This document shows positions 21,101 to 34,210 of a stretch of DNA of 64,000 bases, piece after piece. Below the pieces are notes generated by a model that was given only the letters and a program-made list of their open reading frames with translations, was not told the DNA's origin and did not search any database. Origin of the DNA: Magallana gigas (taxonomy: Eukaryota); NCBI RefSeq assembly GCF_963853765.1, contig NC_088857.1:3596001-3660000 (forward strand). Direction: 5' to 3'. Both the position numbers and the translations under genes were made by a program. Each line of letters begins with the position of its first letter. The stretch's first letter is position 1.

Positions 21101-24100
21101 TGTGACTCACTGATAGTTACTTAGGCACTCCTTAAATGAATAAGAGACTATCACAATTACATTTCCACCTTTTGTCGAACAATTTCAGTCAAAATTTGCC
21201 ATGCTGGATCGAAACTTTGTGTGTTTTTAGAACAACTTAGATTTCTGTTAGAAATACTTTTTAAAAATCAAATTTTTATAGCTAAAAATTGGCAAAATAC
21301 GTCTAGGGCTAATTTTTAATACTAGTATATCAGCCTATCATTATATACTTTAAATCTTTATGGTTCTTCAATCAGATCAAACGAGCGACAGAATGCAGTC
21401 ATTGTAAGAAAAAAGCGAAATCCCACCGTAGATTTAGTGGATATAGTTGGTCAAAAAAGAAGAGGGTGCATTTACCTCCCGTCATGCCTTCAGTCGGTAG
21501 GTGGCACAAGTACTAACCCCCATCCGTCTTTTTTAGCACGAAAAGTGGAATAGCTCTGAAAGTTGGATCTCTCTTGCAGGAAAGGCTCCGTGGGTAGAAA
21601 TAATGACGTCAACATTCAGTTCTGATTGGACGAAGGCGCTACAGAATCCTGTCCACTCTGACGTGACTTTTATACTGGAGGGGAACCACAAACTCGATGC
21701 CCATCGTCTGGTGCTGTGTGCAGCCTCCAAGTTCTTCCAGAAAGTCTTCAGATTCTCTCAAAGTGAACAGGTTGGTAAATCATGCTTCATCAAAGTGTCC
21801 AAGTCTTGTGAAACTGTATTATATTTTTAAAATATTTCCAATAAAATCTAAGCTGTTCTAAAAACGTACAAAGTTTTATTTCAGCATCGCAGTTAAATTA
21901 TGATAAAGCATTCACTATATGTACGACAAAGTGAGTAACCGCATTGTAATAGCCTCTTAGTGACTCATTTAAGGACCCTGCTATATATTTCTTCACAATA
22001 AATTAGCAAAATATTTCACAGGTGAAAGAAATTGTCGAAATAAAAAAAGAAGTGTTTCCACATACATCCGATCAAAACATCCGCACAAATATTTAAAAAT
22101 CGACCATTTTATTTTCATTTTCAGAAAAGAAATCAACTGACTGAAATTGAGGACGAATCTTTCTCGACACAAGATTTAACATCAGGGGCAGTGGAAGGCA
22201 TAGCAACGGTCATAGAGGAGAATGATGTGAAAAAACACACAACCATACAGCTGTGTGATGGAATCCGGCCCAAGTCTTTCGTGCGGGTTCTACAGTTCCT
22301 CTACACAGGTACAGCCTTCTCCATTAATAAATCCACAATTTGAAAAGAAAAAGAATTGTACTTAGCTTTGGAATAGTCCCTTTTTTCCTCAATATAGGAT
22401 GGCCCAGTCTACCTGAGGACTTTGCGGGTATCGGAGACGAAATCCACAATGTAAGCAGATTGGCCAAAATGTTTGGGTTGGGACAACTAGAGACAATATG
22501 TGATAACTGTTTGAAGGAGATGGATTTTTTTAATCCAAGCATTGGGACGTTTCTCAACGACGAAACAGGAAAACGAATGAAAGATATGTTCTTGAACAAC
22601 CCTGAATATGCCGACGTCATTTTCCATATTGAAGGTAAGGTGCTTTATCAACAAAACGGGTCTATACTGTTAAAGAGGCATTGCAGTTGAAACTATGTCC
22701 AATCTTTACCTCTATTTCAGGAACAAAAATTTACGCCAACAAAGTTGTTCTCGGGGCGAGATGTGAGGTCATGTCGGCCATGTTTGGAGGAAGTTTTGTA
22801 GAGAGTCAGAGTACTGTGTCCGAGGTCCAGCTAAAGGAAGTGACGTCAGAGTGTTTCATGGCCCTCATGGAGTACCTCTACTCGGACCACGCCCCTATTG
22901 AGGACGGTGACTCGGTTGGGATCATGGTACTGGCGGATGAATACGGTCAAAAGAGACTAGTAAATCTCTGTGAGCTTTACATCACCAAAGAAGTGGATCG
23001 AAGTGTAACCAAGCGAATTGAGGCATCAGATATTGACGTCATAGGCCTATTACTGACGTCTCAGGTTGGTTTTAAGAAACAAAATTGTTAACTTATAGCG
23101 TTAAACTTGTCTTTTCGCTGTGACATGTTCAATCTAAATTGTTGGTTTTTTTTTATGATTTCAGCTATATAATGCAGAGCAGCTCTCTAACTGGTGTCTC
23201 CACTTCATATCTTCTAACTACATTGCATTCGAGAAGAGAAAGGAATTCTCCTTGCTAACCGGAAGTAATAAAGAGCACGTGGAGGAGCAAAGGTGGCCGC
23301 CATTGTCCTATTTAGAGGAAGTGAAACAGTATGAGAAAGAGATGGAGAAAATGGGAGAGAAGTGTAGTGTTATGTGATATAAAACTAGAATCCCCAATTT
23401 AAGTAAAAAATGAAAGAGCTGTTGGAATAACAAATCCGGCTACATTTTACGCTTCCGCATTATTCAGGCATGTACATGCCGCGAATATTCTCTGCAAGGA
23501 GCAATGCATTAGTGATGGGAAATAGCTCTAAAGGCGTACATGTACCAGTGATTTAGTCATTTGTGTAAGGATACAAATTGTCTGGTTGAAATGTATCGCA
23601 CAAGCACTGAAATTGGTTGATATGATAGGATATCGACATATGCATATATAGTGACAGTACTAATTGTGAACGGAGCCAGTTCTTCAGTTAAATATCCTAT
23701 GACATATTTTCTCCAATATTGAAGTGTAGTATAAAAACTAGTAATGCATATGTACATGTATCAAAATTTTAAATTCTCCCTCACGTTGTTAATTCAAATG
23801 AAAAAGAATTTAGTGCTGAACCATCGGTCTCTGGTGATTGCACGTGAGCCATCGGACTTTGGCGTACTAAATCGTCTGGGTTTACGCAGACGATCGGACT
23901 TTACCGTGACCATCGAGCTTTAGAATTCCTTCACACTTTGGAGTTTTACAAATATACCCTAGTCAAAAACTACGCAAAATTTTATTAGACCAGTTCAAGC
24001 AGTCGTAGTATAGAAAGAGGTACAAAAGGTTAAATTTCACGCTTTTTAAAAGATCACTGGATAATGAATTTACCGACAAGACTACGTAAGAAATATTGTT

Positions 24101-24717
24101 TTTTTAAACGGATGATGCAGACTACTTATTGAGACAAGTAGATAATGATATTCCTAGACTGTAATGAAATTGTGATGAAATTGAGGATAAATTTCATTAT
24201 CTTTTCTAATGTCCTGATGTATGTATATCAGATTCAAGAGTTACATGTATGTATGTATGTATGTATGTACGAAAATATTTCATATCAAATCAAAGTGCTT
24301 TTCAATTTGATACATTGCTCAATGTCACAAATAAAAACCAACTTATCAATATTCAATGTTGTGAACTATTACGTACTACCTTTGAAAGAGATAGCCCCCC
24401 CCCCCCCCCCCCCCTTGTTAACTTACAACCCTTCACCGTGCTTGTACCAATAATTTTATCTATCATGTAATTTGTATACTAGTATACTGCCAGACTGCAT
24501 AAGTATTTTCTCTACACTATAACTTTAGTTATGAGAATAATTTCAGAGACATTATCGTTCCGGTGTCATTGTCCCCATAATATCTCCAAGCTTTGAGTGT
24601 CACGTTATGTCAAGATCCTACTATTTACACTTTGATCACCTGACTCCAAATCTATTCGAACGTGTTTCGTGAACAACTATTATGTGTTGTATTAATTTCG
24701 AGTCACGTGATCAAATA

Positions 24718-24840
24718 GTATCATGAGGTCATATTTTTGGTCGGTGCGTGATCAAATCCAATAAAGGCTTTATGTTATGATTGATCACACCCCGACCGAT
24801 AGTATCCTCTCATTATATTCAAAGAATGATTCCTTATTAC
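24718..24840. mobile_element. Remnant of the short palindromic MITE family
   Basis: catgaggtcatatttttggtcggtgcgtgatcaaatc...tatattcaaagaatgattcctt matches the 36413-36553 copy. Confidence 0.55.
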
Positions 24841-27290
24841 TTATATCTATAACATTTCAGTAGAATATCAATTATGCAAATTCTGCCTGCACCCCAAAAA
24901 TACATTATTTGAATTTATTGGACTGTGCAGTAAAAAATAGATATAATGGAGTGCTATCTCAGACAAAAGACACTGAAAATGTAAATATATAAAGATAAAT
25001 AAATGAGTGTATATATACGTTGTTTCTACATGTATTTGTAATACTAATATTATCTAAATGATTACAAATAACATAAAATATATTTTTAAGTTATATTATA
25101 CCTGGACCAACTTCTTTTAAAGGGGGCATAATCAAGATTTTTACTTTCACAAACTTTGATAATTACAATGCTTAAGTAAGGTATTTTCAATGCTCAAACT
25201 CGTACAAATCATAAGAACAAAGAGTTTATTGCTATTGTTGTACAGTAAATTAAAATTAATATATACATCAATTAACTAGCTCGATCGATAAATGTATAAC
25301 ATACAGATATTACATGGCCTCGAAGGCGACATACCAGAATATGTGCCCTGAATTAAGAGGAAAGCCCTGGAGTGTTATGTCGCCCTCTGTCTTCGGCATC
25401 GGGCAACAAAACACTCCAGGGCTTCCCTGTCTCCGATGGGACAAATATTCGCCCGAGAAGACATGTAATAAAATCATGAAACATCTTAAAAAGAATTTCA
25501 ATTATTTACAAAGAAAACCGTGTAAAATCGCGAATGATTTCCCCTAGGTCGAAAACTGTCTAAAAAGAGTAATTTTCTCATACTGAAAAGTTGTCATAAC
25601 TATATTTGAAATTAATATTTTAATCGATTTATTGGACCAACATGATTTTATTTTGTCAAGAATATGTATTGTGAGGTATTCAACGTTGAAAGACACATCT
25701 TATACAGAAGTATGCATCAAATCATTAAACAAAACCATCCCCTGGGGTACATTGCCGCAGGGGTAGAATGGGTTCACAGTGGTGTCAGTGAATCAGACGT
25801 ACGCGCAAGAGGTGTCAACTGTAAAACTGTACCTCTCCTGAAAAATATCTCCCGGAAAGCTACAGCTCTACGGTTCATGGAGTATTAATTAAACTGTGTT
25901 CCCGTGAAACATCCAACTTATTTGAATCAAACATGCGCTCCCGGGCAGGTACCTCTCTACAATGCACGGTTCACACAGTAGGTTTTGACCTTATAATGAA
26001 CTGAATAACTTGGTGGTTTGTGCTTTGATTGTTTTCAATAATTCATTCTTTACACCTATTATTGGGAGACCAAGGTCGCTTTCTATTAGTCAATGGAAGG
26101 GGATGTTGGAATAGTGTACATAAATCAAAAACATATACTGGGTATATGGATGATGGAAGAAAATTGTGTTTGTAGGGGAAGGGGGTGGCGGTTCCGCAAT
26201 ATAGGGGTGGGTGTCGTAGTTTTACATTTGTAACACCATCAGTTGTACTTTATACCCACCGCTGGGGTATAATGAAGAAACGTTAAGGAGGTGCGCAGCA
26301 ATAAGAGCGGAGTTTGAAAGCGCTGAGGAAAATTCACAAAACAGGGATATAAGGTGGGGAGTGTAGTTTAAACTAGGAATAATGGTCAGATGCAACTACT
26401 CTATCACTTGTTTTAAACCTACCGTTGCTGGATGCACCGCTCCCCATGTATCATGGCTGAGCAAGGCGTGGATTGGACGCCAGAATAAGCGGGGATACCT
26501 CGTTAAGTCCGGAATAAGCGGCGGGAATCCTCCGTAAAGTCCGGAATAAGCGACGATCCCTAGTAAAAATCCTAAGATAAGGATTAAATGCAAGCCTTCA
26601 CACAGACTTTCGCTGGATCCAATTTAATTGTCACTTGATCCGAATTGACTTACAGAGGCTTGTATTGATCGTGTGCACAAGGACAATGCATTGTCGATCG
26701 TTTGCTGCTGTTCATGGACATGGAATATGTACATGTCTGAGTTCAGTTTGTAGAAGTTAGAGTAGAGTTAACGCGGTTATTCAATGCCTGCCTTGGCACA
26801 TTCAGCGAGAGGAATTTAAATTCAATCAGCTCTAACAAATACAAAGCAATGTGTACTTATATATCTATGTGTATTTACTTATGGTCGTCATGTACATTTA
26901 ACACACACAGGTATGTATACGGGGAAAGGGGTTAAGATCAAAAGGATTATCAGTATACTAACGTGTATTAGTTTTTTGTCCTCTTTGTAGTATAAAATAA
27001 TCAATCAATGTATTTCCTTGATATGTTTAACTGTTGTCGATCAATGTACAATGATAATCCCAAAGAAAATCCTTATGCTTATATAGCTTGTTCTATTTTT
27101 AATTCAGCTGGTGTGTAGATAAATTTATCTCCACGTTTCATTGGTCAATAAATATATCCGTGTTCCACCGTGTTGTATAAATAGAAACGGATGAGTATGT
27201 GATTATAAATACAGGATATTATTATTTTGACGCAAAATCTGCAGAAAGAGGATAGGGTATGTTATACCTTATTAGATTTTTTTTTACTTA

Positions 27291-27292
<2 letters not shown>

Positions 27293-27352
<60 letters not shown>
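27293..27352. repeat. (CT)n microsatellite
   Basis: Direct reading of the sequence. Confidence 0.95.
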
Positions 27353-27355
<3 letters not shown>

Positions 27356-27630
27356 GTATAACATGCATATGCATGTATCATGTTAATTAAACGGATTGCG
27401 ATATAGTGGAACCCAATCTAATCAATCGCGAGGTATATCGGCATACAATATATGGCATGTTGAAATCATTGTTATATCTTAATCATTTATGTCTTTATAA
27501 TATGAAAACGTTTAAGATTAATATCATTACATTTTCCTTCATTTTTTGCTTTTTGTTCGATTTTTCAGTTTTTGTCTATTTGAATACTAAGTAGATTCCC
27601 TTTTAGCGTTACCATGTAAATTAAGAGCAC

Positions 27631-28288
27631 ATAAGGTGGCAGGGGACAGTTTTTTTGATACAATTCATTGTAGCCAAGGGATGCATGTCTTCTGAACTCT
27701 GTAACTAGAATTTCCTCAGTTCCCATTCAGCACAAATACCTTTAATTCACTCTTTATAAGGCCAATCACCAATTTCTGAAGAAAATTACTAATCAAAACC
27801 TGTAAAATTCTCTACATACTGGTTTTTATGAGATTTTGACCCTTTCATATTTTGCTAATTTTTCATGATTTTTCAGCTTTTTAGACCTCCCCCAGCTAAT
27901 TCCCTGCAGAGGGTTGACCTACCGTACTGCGTGCATGTTACACTATCACATGTCACAAACTTACCGGTGTATAGTTTTCAATGTCCCATCCACCTACTTT
28001 TCGTGTTATTTTACCTCCCGTCTGTAACTTGCAATTTCACTGTGTAAAGTCAGCACAACAGTCATAGCCGCAGGTTTCGCATTTTACTTCTGATTCTCAT
28101 GTACCTAACATAAGGGGCCTACATATTGCATATCAATTTCAACAAGAGACACCCCTCTAACTAATGATAATCATTAAAAATCATTTCATGAATTTTAGCA
28201 ACACTCATAAGCCTTCAAGTACAACAACTCTCAATTTTACAAAAATATTGACGGGTACTTTATTCGAAACTGTCCCTTGCTACCTAAT
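27631..28288. mobile_element. Probable ~660-bp TIR element
   Basis: ataaggtggcaggggacagttt versus reverse complement attaggtagcaagggacagttt. No clear TSD found. Not seen in duplication copy A. Confidence 0.45.
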
Positions 28289-29050
28289 ATAGCATTTTTC
28301 GCTAGACGATCCAAATATTAGAGTACATTATATGCAATTAAGGAGAACATACCAATAATACTAGTATAATCTAAATTATGACAAATAATTTACAGATTAT
28401 TTATGAAGTTATACGTGAATTAAATTCTTTTGAAAGGGGCGTGGTCATGGTTTATAATTTTCAAATTTTAATATTTACAAGTTTAAGTAAGGTATTTTGA
28501 ATCGTCAGCTAAATTTTAGCACCATGCAGTTGTCAAGTTACAAGTGAGATACAGAATCTTTACATAGGCGGTTACTCGATTAATTCTGAGTGAAATGTGT
28601 AGATTAATCAGTGTCGGATTATATAAAGGGTCATTTTTCATTGGTCATAAAGGATCAAAGCAATATTACAACATACAACATTAAACCATATGCATGTTAT
28701 CACCATTTAGAGCTTTGCTATAGTATTAACCGTTTTTATGATAAATTTGTAAAGTCCTTCGGTTAAAAAAATTGAAAACGTTTTTCAAACTAGATATTTT
28801 TTTCGAAGATCCTGTATTTTTTTTTACTGTAATCCAATATATCAATTAGATAATTATAAATAAAAATAATTATGTCAAAATGATTGATTTTTACGTAAAC
28901 AGGAATGCCAATGTCAAGTTAATATTACGGTTTCGTTATCCTCTAAACATTTATAAAATTTGGAAGATTATTGTTGCCTAATCACATACCATGGGGGAAA
29001 ATTTTCGCCCTCCCCCCTTTCCCCGTTCGGAAATTCCTTGATCCAACCTT

Positions 29051-29250
29051 GCGCATATGCATAGAAAATTGACCCTAACATTTTGGTTGACCATCGTAAA
29101 TAACTTTTAGTGAAGCAATGAAAACATAAAAATTGGAAAAGTAAAACTTTGCGAATATGCATAGAAAATTGACCCTAACATTTTGGTTGACCATCGTAAA
29201 TACCTTTTAGTGAAGCAATGAAAACATTAAAATTGGAAAAGTAAAACTTT
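29051..29250. repeat. Two-copy 100-bp tandem duplication
   Basis: 29051-29150 and 29151-29250 are nearly identical (about 3 mismatches). Confidence 0.95.
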
Positions 29251-29382
29251 AAGAAAAAAATCTCTTTGTTAATGCTTTTGCACTTGATTGGTAGGTTGTA
29301 CAAATGTAGCGCCATGCTGTACCACCAATATTTTTTTTTATACGTGTACTTTTTAATTGTCTGATTGGTAGGTATAAGCGCC

Positions 29383-31233
29383 ATGGAGAACATTAAGCTT
29401 CTTGTCCTGGGTGACGGGGGCGTGGGTAAGTCCTGTCTCCTGATCTCCTACACTACGAACGCCTTCCCGTCCGAGTACATCCCCACGGTGTTTGACAACT
29501 ACTGCGCCAATGTGATGGTGGACGGCAAGCCCTACTGTCTGGGACTGTGGGATACAGCTGGGCAGGTGCGTGTCGGTCAGCAAACATTTCATATATAACC
29601 TGTACAGAATACATGCAGGTGTGACTTAATGATAAACGGAAGGACAGACAGACGGACAACATGAGAAGACATTCGTTTTGTTTATGCACTAACGCCATTT
29701 GATAAATACAGTTAAATCAGGTACAATATATGAATAAAAAGTTGTAACTTAAAGGGTGCCTCCAGTCAAAATCTTTTTTTTAAGCAATCAATAGAATTGA
29801 TCTATATTAGAAAGCTCCAAAAATCTGTATCTTGATATCTGCACTGGTTAAGCAGATATAAGCAATTAAATGTGACATTTTCTCCATTCTCACGTAAACG
29901 CACGAGCGTAAAATCTGAAAAGGTCGCTTATTAGTTGTGGAGTATTTATGCTAAAATACAAATTTTTGACTGAGGGTACCCTTTAACACTGTTTAAAAGA
30001 GTATATCAGACACTTTTTGTCGCAACAAACATTTTTCTCAAATTAACATATACATTATAGATAATTGAATATTGATTCAGTCTGTGCTCTTTCAAACACG
30101 ATGCTGCGTGCTTGTATTTTACATGTAATAAACCTCTATTCAACTAAAAACAATGATCGAACATGTGTTAGAGCTAAATATAAGAAAAAGAAAAGAGCGA
30201 CGGGGGGGGGGGGGGGGGGGGGGTAAGAAATAGTTAACGATAGATAATGTTGACAATTAACTTAATTTGACGTCCGACACCGTTGATTTTGATTTAATTG
30301 ATACTAGTATTATACGTTTATGAACACTTGTGTTATCAGGAGGATTACGACAGATTGCGTCCCTTGTCCTACCCCGGCACCGACATCTTCCTCCTCTGCT
30401 ACTCTATAGAGAGCCGGTGCTCCTTTGAGAACATTGAGGCAAAATGGATACCGGAGATTGAGCACCATTGTCCAAACGTTCCAATTCTTCTGGTTGCTTG
30501 CAAATCAGGTAAGTTGCATTTTATAAAACAATTGGCCAAATCACAAAACCCTGCAAAATTATGTGGTGAAAACCACTAAGTAAAATATCACTCTGGTGAC
30601 AAATAGTAAGTAAAGGCTAAGACCTCTAAGAAAAATAACCAACTGGCGCGAACTGCAAAAGTTATATATCTCAGGAGCAAGGGGGGGGGGGTCTTGTTGG
30701 GAGGAAAGACCAGTGAGTATATTTGGTTACTTTACTGTATGAATTTGATATGTATAAATTTTCCAAGAGAGGAGGGATCTGCACATGGCAGTGTCCAAAA
30801 TATAAATTTGACTCCTGAAACATAAATATGCTTTCGGAGAGTCTTATGACCTTAAATTCTTTTTCTCTTGAAGATTTAAGGTCATCATCTAGGAGAGAGG
30901 AAATGGTTAGTACGGAGGAGGGGCAGGAGCTGGCGAAACGGCTCCGGATATCGTTCTGTGAGACCAGTTCCCTGACACAGACTGGCCTAAAGGAGTGCTT
31001 TGACACCGCGGTAAGTCTGGGTGTGGCTACTTAGGGCGGGGTACCAGTAGTGTGGCTACCAAAGGTGTGGCTACCAATAGCGTGGCTACCAGTAGTGTGG
31101 CTACCAAAGGTGTGGCTAACAATAGTGTGGCTACCTATAGCGTGGCTACCAATAGTGTGGCTACCTAGAGCATGGTTACCAGTAGTCTGGCTACCAGTAG
31201 TGTGGCTACCTATAGTGTGCATACCAGTAGTGT

Positions 31234-31267
<34 letters not shown>

Positions 31268-33555
31268 GTATGTCGGCCTATTCTTTTATACGTTGAATCT
31301 TAACCATATATCAAGATATTTTCATCTTCACTCAGATCAAACGAGCGTTAGAATGCAGTCATAGTAAGAAGAAAGCGAAATCACGTGGTGGATTTGGTTT
31401 TTCAAAGAAGAAGAAGCATGTACCTCTACCCCCCGTCATGCCTCCAGCCGGTGGGTGGCACTTTATAGTACATGTACTAGCACGTCTTTTTTTTTTACCC
31501 CCCCCCCCCCCTTTTTTTTGAAAACTAAAGTTGGAATAACTCTGACAGTTGGATCTCTCTTACAGGAAAGGCTCCGTGGGTAGAAATAATGACGTCAACA
31601 TTCAGTTCTGATTGGACGAAGGCGCTACAGAATCCTGTCCACTCTGACGTGACGTTTATACTGGAGGGGAACCACAAACTCGATGCCCATCGCCTGGTGC
31701 TGTGTGCAGCCTCCAAGTTCTTCCAGAAAGTCTTCAGATTCTCTCAAAGTGAACAGGTTGCTAAAGAATCTGTCCTCAAAATTCCTCATTCTTGCGAGAC
31801 TCGTCTAAAAAAAAAAGAATTTGCTTTTTACGAATGATTTCCAAAAGAAATCTAAGTTGTTCTAGAGATTCGATTCACTATGGCAAATTTGAAAGAAACT
31901 TCACCTTTGTTTAACAGAAGGAGTAATTGTCATTGTTATAGTCTCTCACTCATTTAAGGAGTGCCCGTGTAACTCTACCATCAATGAGTCATTGTTCCAT
32001 TAGGGACCTTGAAAAATATTTTTCACATAAATTATCAAAATAGTTTAAAAGTATTGGAATTTTGTTTAAAAATGTATTTTTAAAATAGCCCATGATTAGA
32101 TGAAATATTAGTAAAGATTTATTCAAGAAGCTGCAAAAATTGCATATTTGAACGGTGAAAAACTTTTTTCTTTATACCTGAGAAATTTCATTTTAACAGT
32201 TTCAGTCAAATATTGCATCCACATGTCATGTTTTCAAAACATCAAAACAGCCACAAAAAATATCAAACGACCGACCATTTCATTTTCAGAAAAGAAATCA
32301 ACTGTCCGAAATTGAGGACGAATCTTTCTCGACACAAGATTTAACATCAGGGGCAGTGGAAGGCATAGCAACGGTCATAGAGGAGAATGATGTGAAAACA
32401 CACACAACCATACAGCTGTGTGATGGAATCCGGCCCAAGTCTTTCGTGCGGGTTCTACAGTTCCTCTACACAGGTACAGCCTTCTCCATTAATAAATCCG
32501 CAATTTAAAAATAAAAAAGAATTGTGGTAATCCTTTCTTTTCTCCAATATAGGATTACCGAATCTACCTGAGGACGTTACGGGTATCGAAGACGAAATCC
32601 ACGATGTAAGCAGATTGGCCAAAATGTTTGGTTTGGGACAACTAGAGACAATCTGTGATAACTGTTTGAAGGAGATGGATTTTTTGAATCCAAGCATTGG
32701 GACGTTTCTCAACGACGAAACAGGAAAACGAATGAAAGATATGTTCTTGAACAACCCTGAATATGCCGACGTCATTTTCCATTTTGAAGGTAAGGTGCTT
32801 TATCAACAAAACGGGTCTATACTGTTAGAGAGGCATTGCAGTTGAAACTTAATCCAATTTTTATCTCTATTTCAGAAACAAAAATTTACGCCAACAAAGT
32901 TGTTCTCGGGGCGAGATGTGAGGTCATGTCGGCCATGTTTGGAGGAAGTTTTGTAGAGAGTCAGAGTACTGTGTCCGAGGTCCAGCTAAAGGAAGTGACG
33001 TCAGAGTGTTTCATGGCCCTCATGGAGTACCTCTACTCGGACCACGCCCCTATTGAGGACGGTGACTCGGTTGGGATCATGGTACTGGCGGATGAATACG
33101 GTCAAAAGAGACTAGTAAATCTCTGTGAGCTTTACATCACCAAAGAAGTGGATCGAAGTGTAACCAAGCAAATCGAGAAATCAGAAATAGACGTCATAGG
33201 CCTATTACTGACGTCACAGGTTGGTTTTTAAGACTAATTCTTGTCAACTAATAGTCTAATAACTGCATCGACTTTTTTGTCCTCATATTGATCTTCTGAT
33301 CATTTCTAATTTTTAAAGAATCTGTACCCTTGTGATTTTCAGCTATATAATGCAGAGCAGCTCTCTAACTGGTGTCTCCACTTCATATCTTCTAACTACA
33401 TTGCATTCGAGAAAAGAAAGGAATTCTCCATGCTAACCGGAAGTAATATAGAGCACGTGGAGGAGCACAGATGGCCGCCATTGTCCTATTTAGAGGAAGT
33501 GAAACAGTATGAGAAAGAGATGGAGAAAATGGGAGAGAAGTGTAGTGTTATGTGA
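29383..33555 (+). CDS. RhoBTB/RacA-like copy B: Rac-type GTPase plus two BTB domains and CAAX (CSVM), 9 coding exons, 590 aa
   Basis: Exons 29383-29565, 30340-30508, 30874-31010, 31336-31450, 31566-31756, 32290-32473, 32553-32789, 32876-33219 and 33343-33555 (1773 nt, all in phase). Motifs [39 protein letters not shown]; BTB motifs [20 protein letters not shown] and [17 protein letters not shown]; ends [10 protein letters not shown]...KCSVM*. Confidence 0.92.
29753..29982. mobile_element. 230-bp TTAA-target MITE (Kolobok-like) in RhoBTB-B intron 1
   Basis: ttaa|agggtgcctccagtcaaaa ... ttttgactgagggtaccct|ttaa. Confidence 0.75.
31019..31265. repeat. 15-bp minisatellite followed by (AT)n in RhoBTB-B intron 3
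   Basis: About 14 agtgtggctacc-type units, then an (at)n run. Confidence 0.9.
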
Positions 33556-34210
33556 TATCATACTTTTAACTCTAACTTGTGATAAACTACAACAAACTGC
33601 AATTGTGTAAAAAAAAAAAAACAACAACAGCTGTTTGAATACAAATCTACATTTATTCAGGCATGCACATGCATGCCACGAATCGTCTCTATGGAGACAG
33701 TGCTTTAGTGATGAACATTACCCCTGGAGGTGCACGTCTACCAATGACATTTGTGCAAAGATACCAGCTATCTGGTTGTAATGTATTGAACAAGAACTGA
33801 GATTGTTTGATATGATTGGGTAGCGAAAGTACCGATTGTGTGAACAGAGCCAGTCCCTCAGTAAAATGTCCAAAGACATTTATATTTAACTTGGGTCTCA
33901 GTAATACAGTGTATACATTCTTTCTGAATATATAAGAATTTAGCGCAGAATGAACAACTCGCTTCTTTTATAACACATAATTTTTCAGAAATTTTACAAC
34001 ATTCACAATTATTGCTATGACTTTGAACAGCTCAAATTCATTATAATTTGTTCCTGTGTCACCGACTGTCCACCATATATCTCCAATCAGCGTCGCTTCG
34101 AGTGCACGTTTCTTAGGTCCTACTATTGCCACATTATGTGACCACGTGACTCGAAATTTATTCGAACGCACTTCGTGTACAACTTAGTGTTACTTAGTAC
34201 GCATACAATA

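Larger units (their letters stand above)
18475..23377 (+). pseudogene. RhoBTB/RacA-like copy A: disrupted or remodelled paralog (GTG in place of ATG, DTAKR, MITE in exon 2; downstream exons intact, ends CSVM)
   Basis: Exons 18475-18657, 18943-18951+19617-19785 (split by the MITE), 20754-20890, 21376-21496, 21580-21770, 22125-22308, 22398-22634, 22721-23064 and 23165-23377. No stops or frameshifts from 19614 onward (532 aa if started at ATG 19614). Pseudogene status is uncertain. Confidence 0.65.
14740..24690 (+). repeat. Segmental tandem duplication, copy A (partner ~25480-34190)
   Basis: Collinear similarity runs from the upstream non-coding blocks (ttggaccaacatgattttat..., aaactgtgttcccgtgaaacatcc...) through all nine RhoBTB exons to the 3' flank (tattcgaacg...cgtg.acaact at ~24650 and ~34160). 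Confidence 0.85.
25480..34190 (+). repeat. Segmental tandem duplication, copy B
   Basis: Collinear with 14740-24690; lacks the HINE and the three MITEs found in copy A. Confidence 0.85.

Noticed and set aside
26396-26653. Possible spliced gene joining the conserved antisense exon to the hydrophobic ORF 26396-26593
   Set aside because: It would need a 41-nt intron, and the acceptor and frame are not conserved in duplication copy A.
31031-31364. Repetitive ORFs (VWLP)n and (GSHT)n
   Set aside because: Translations of the intronic 15-bp minisatellite.
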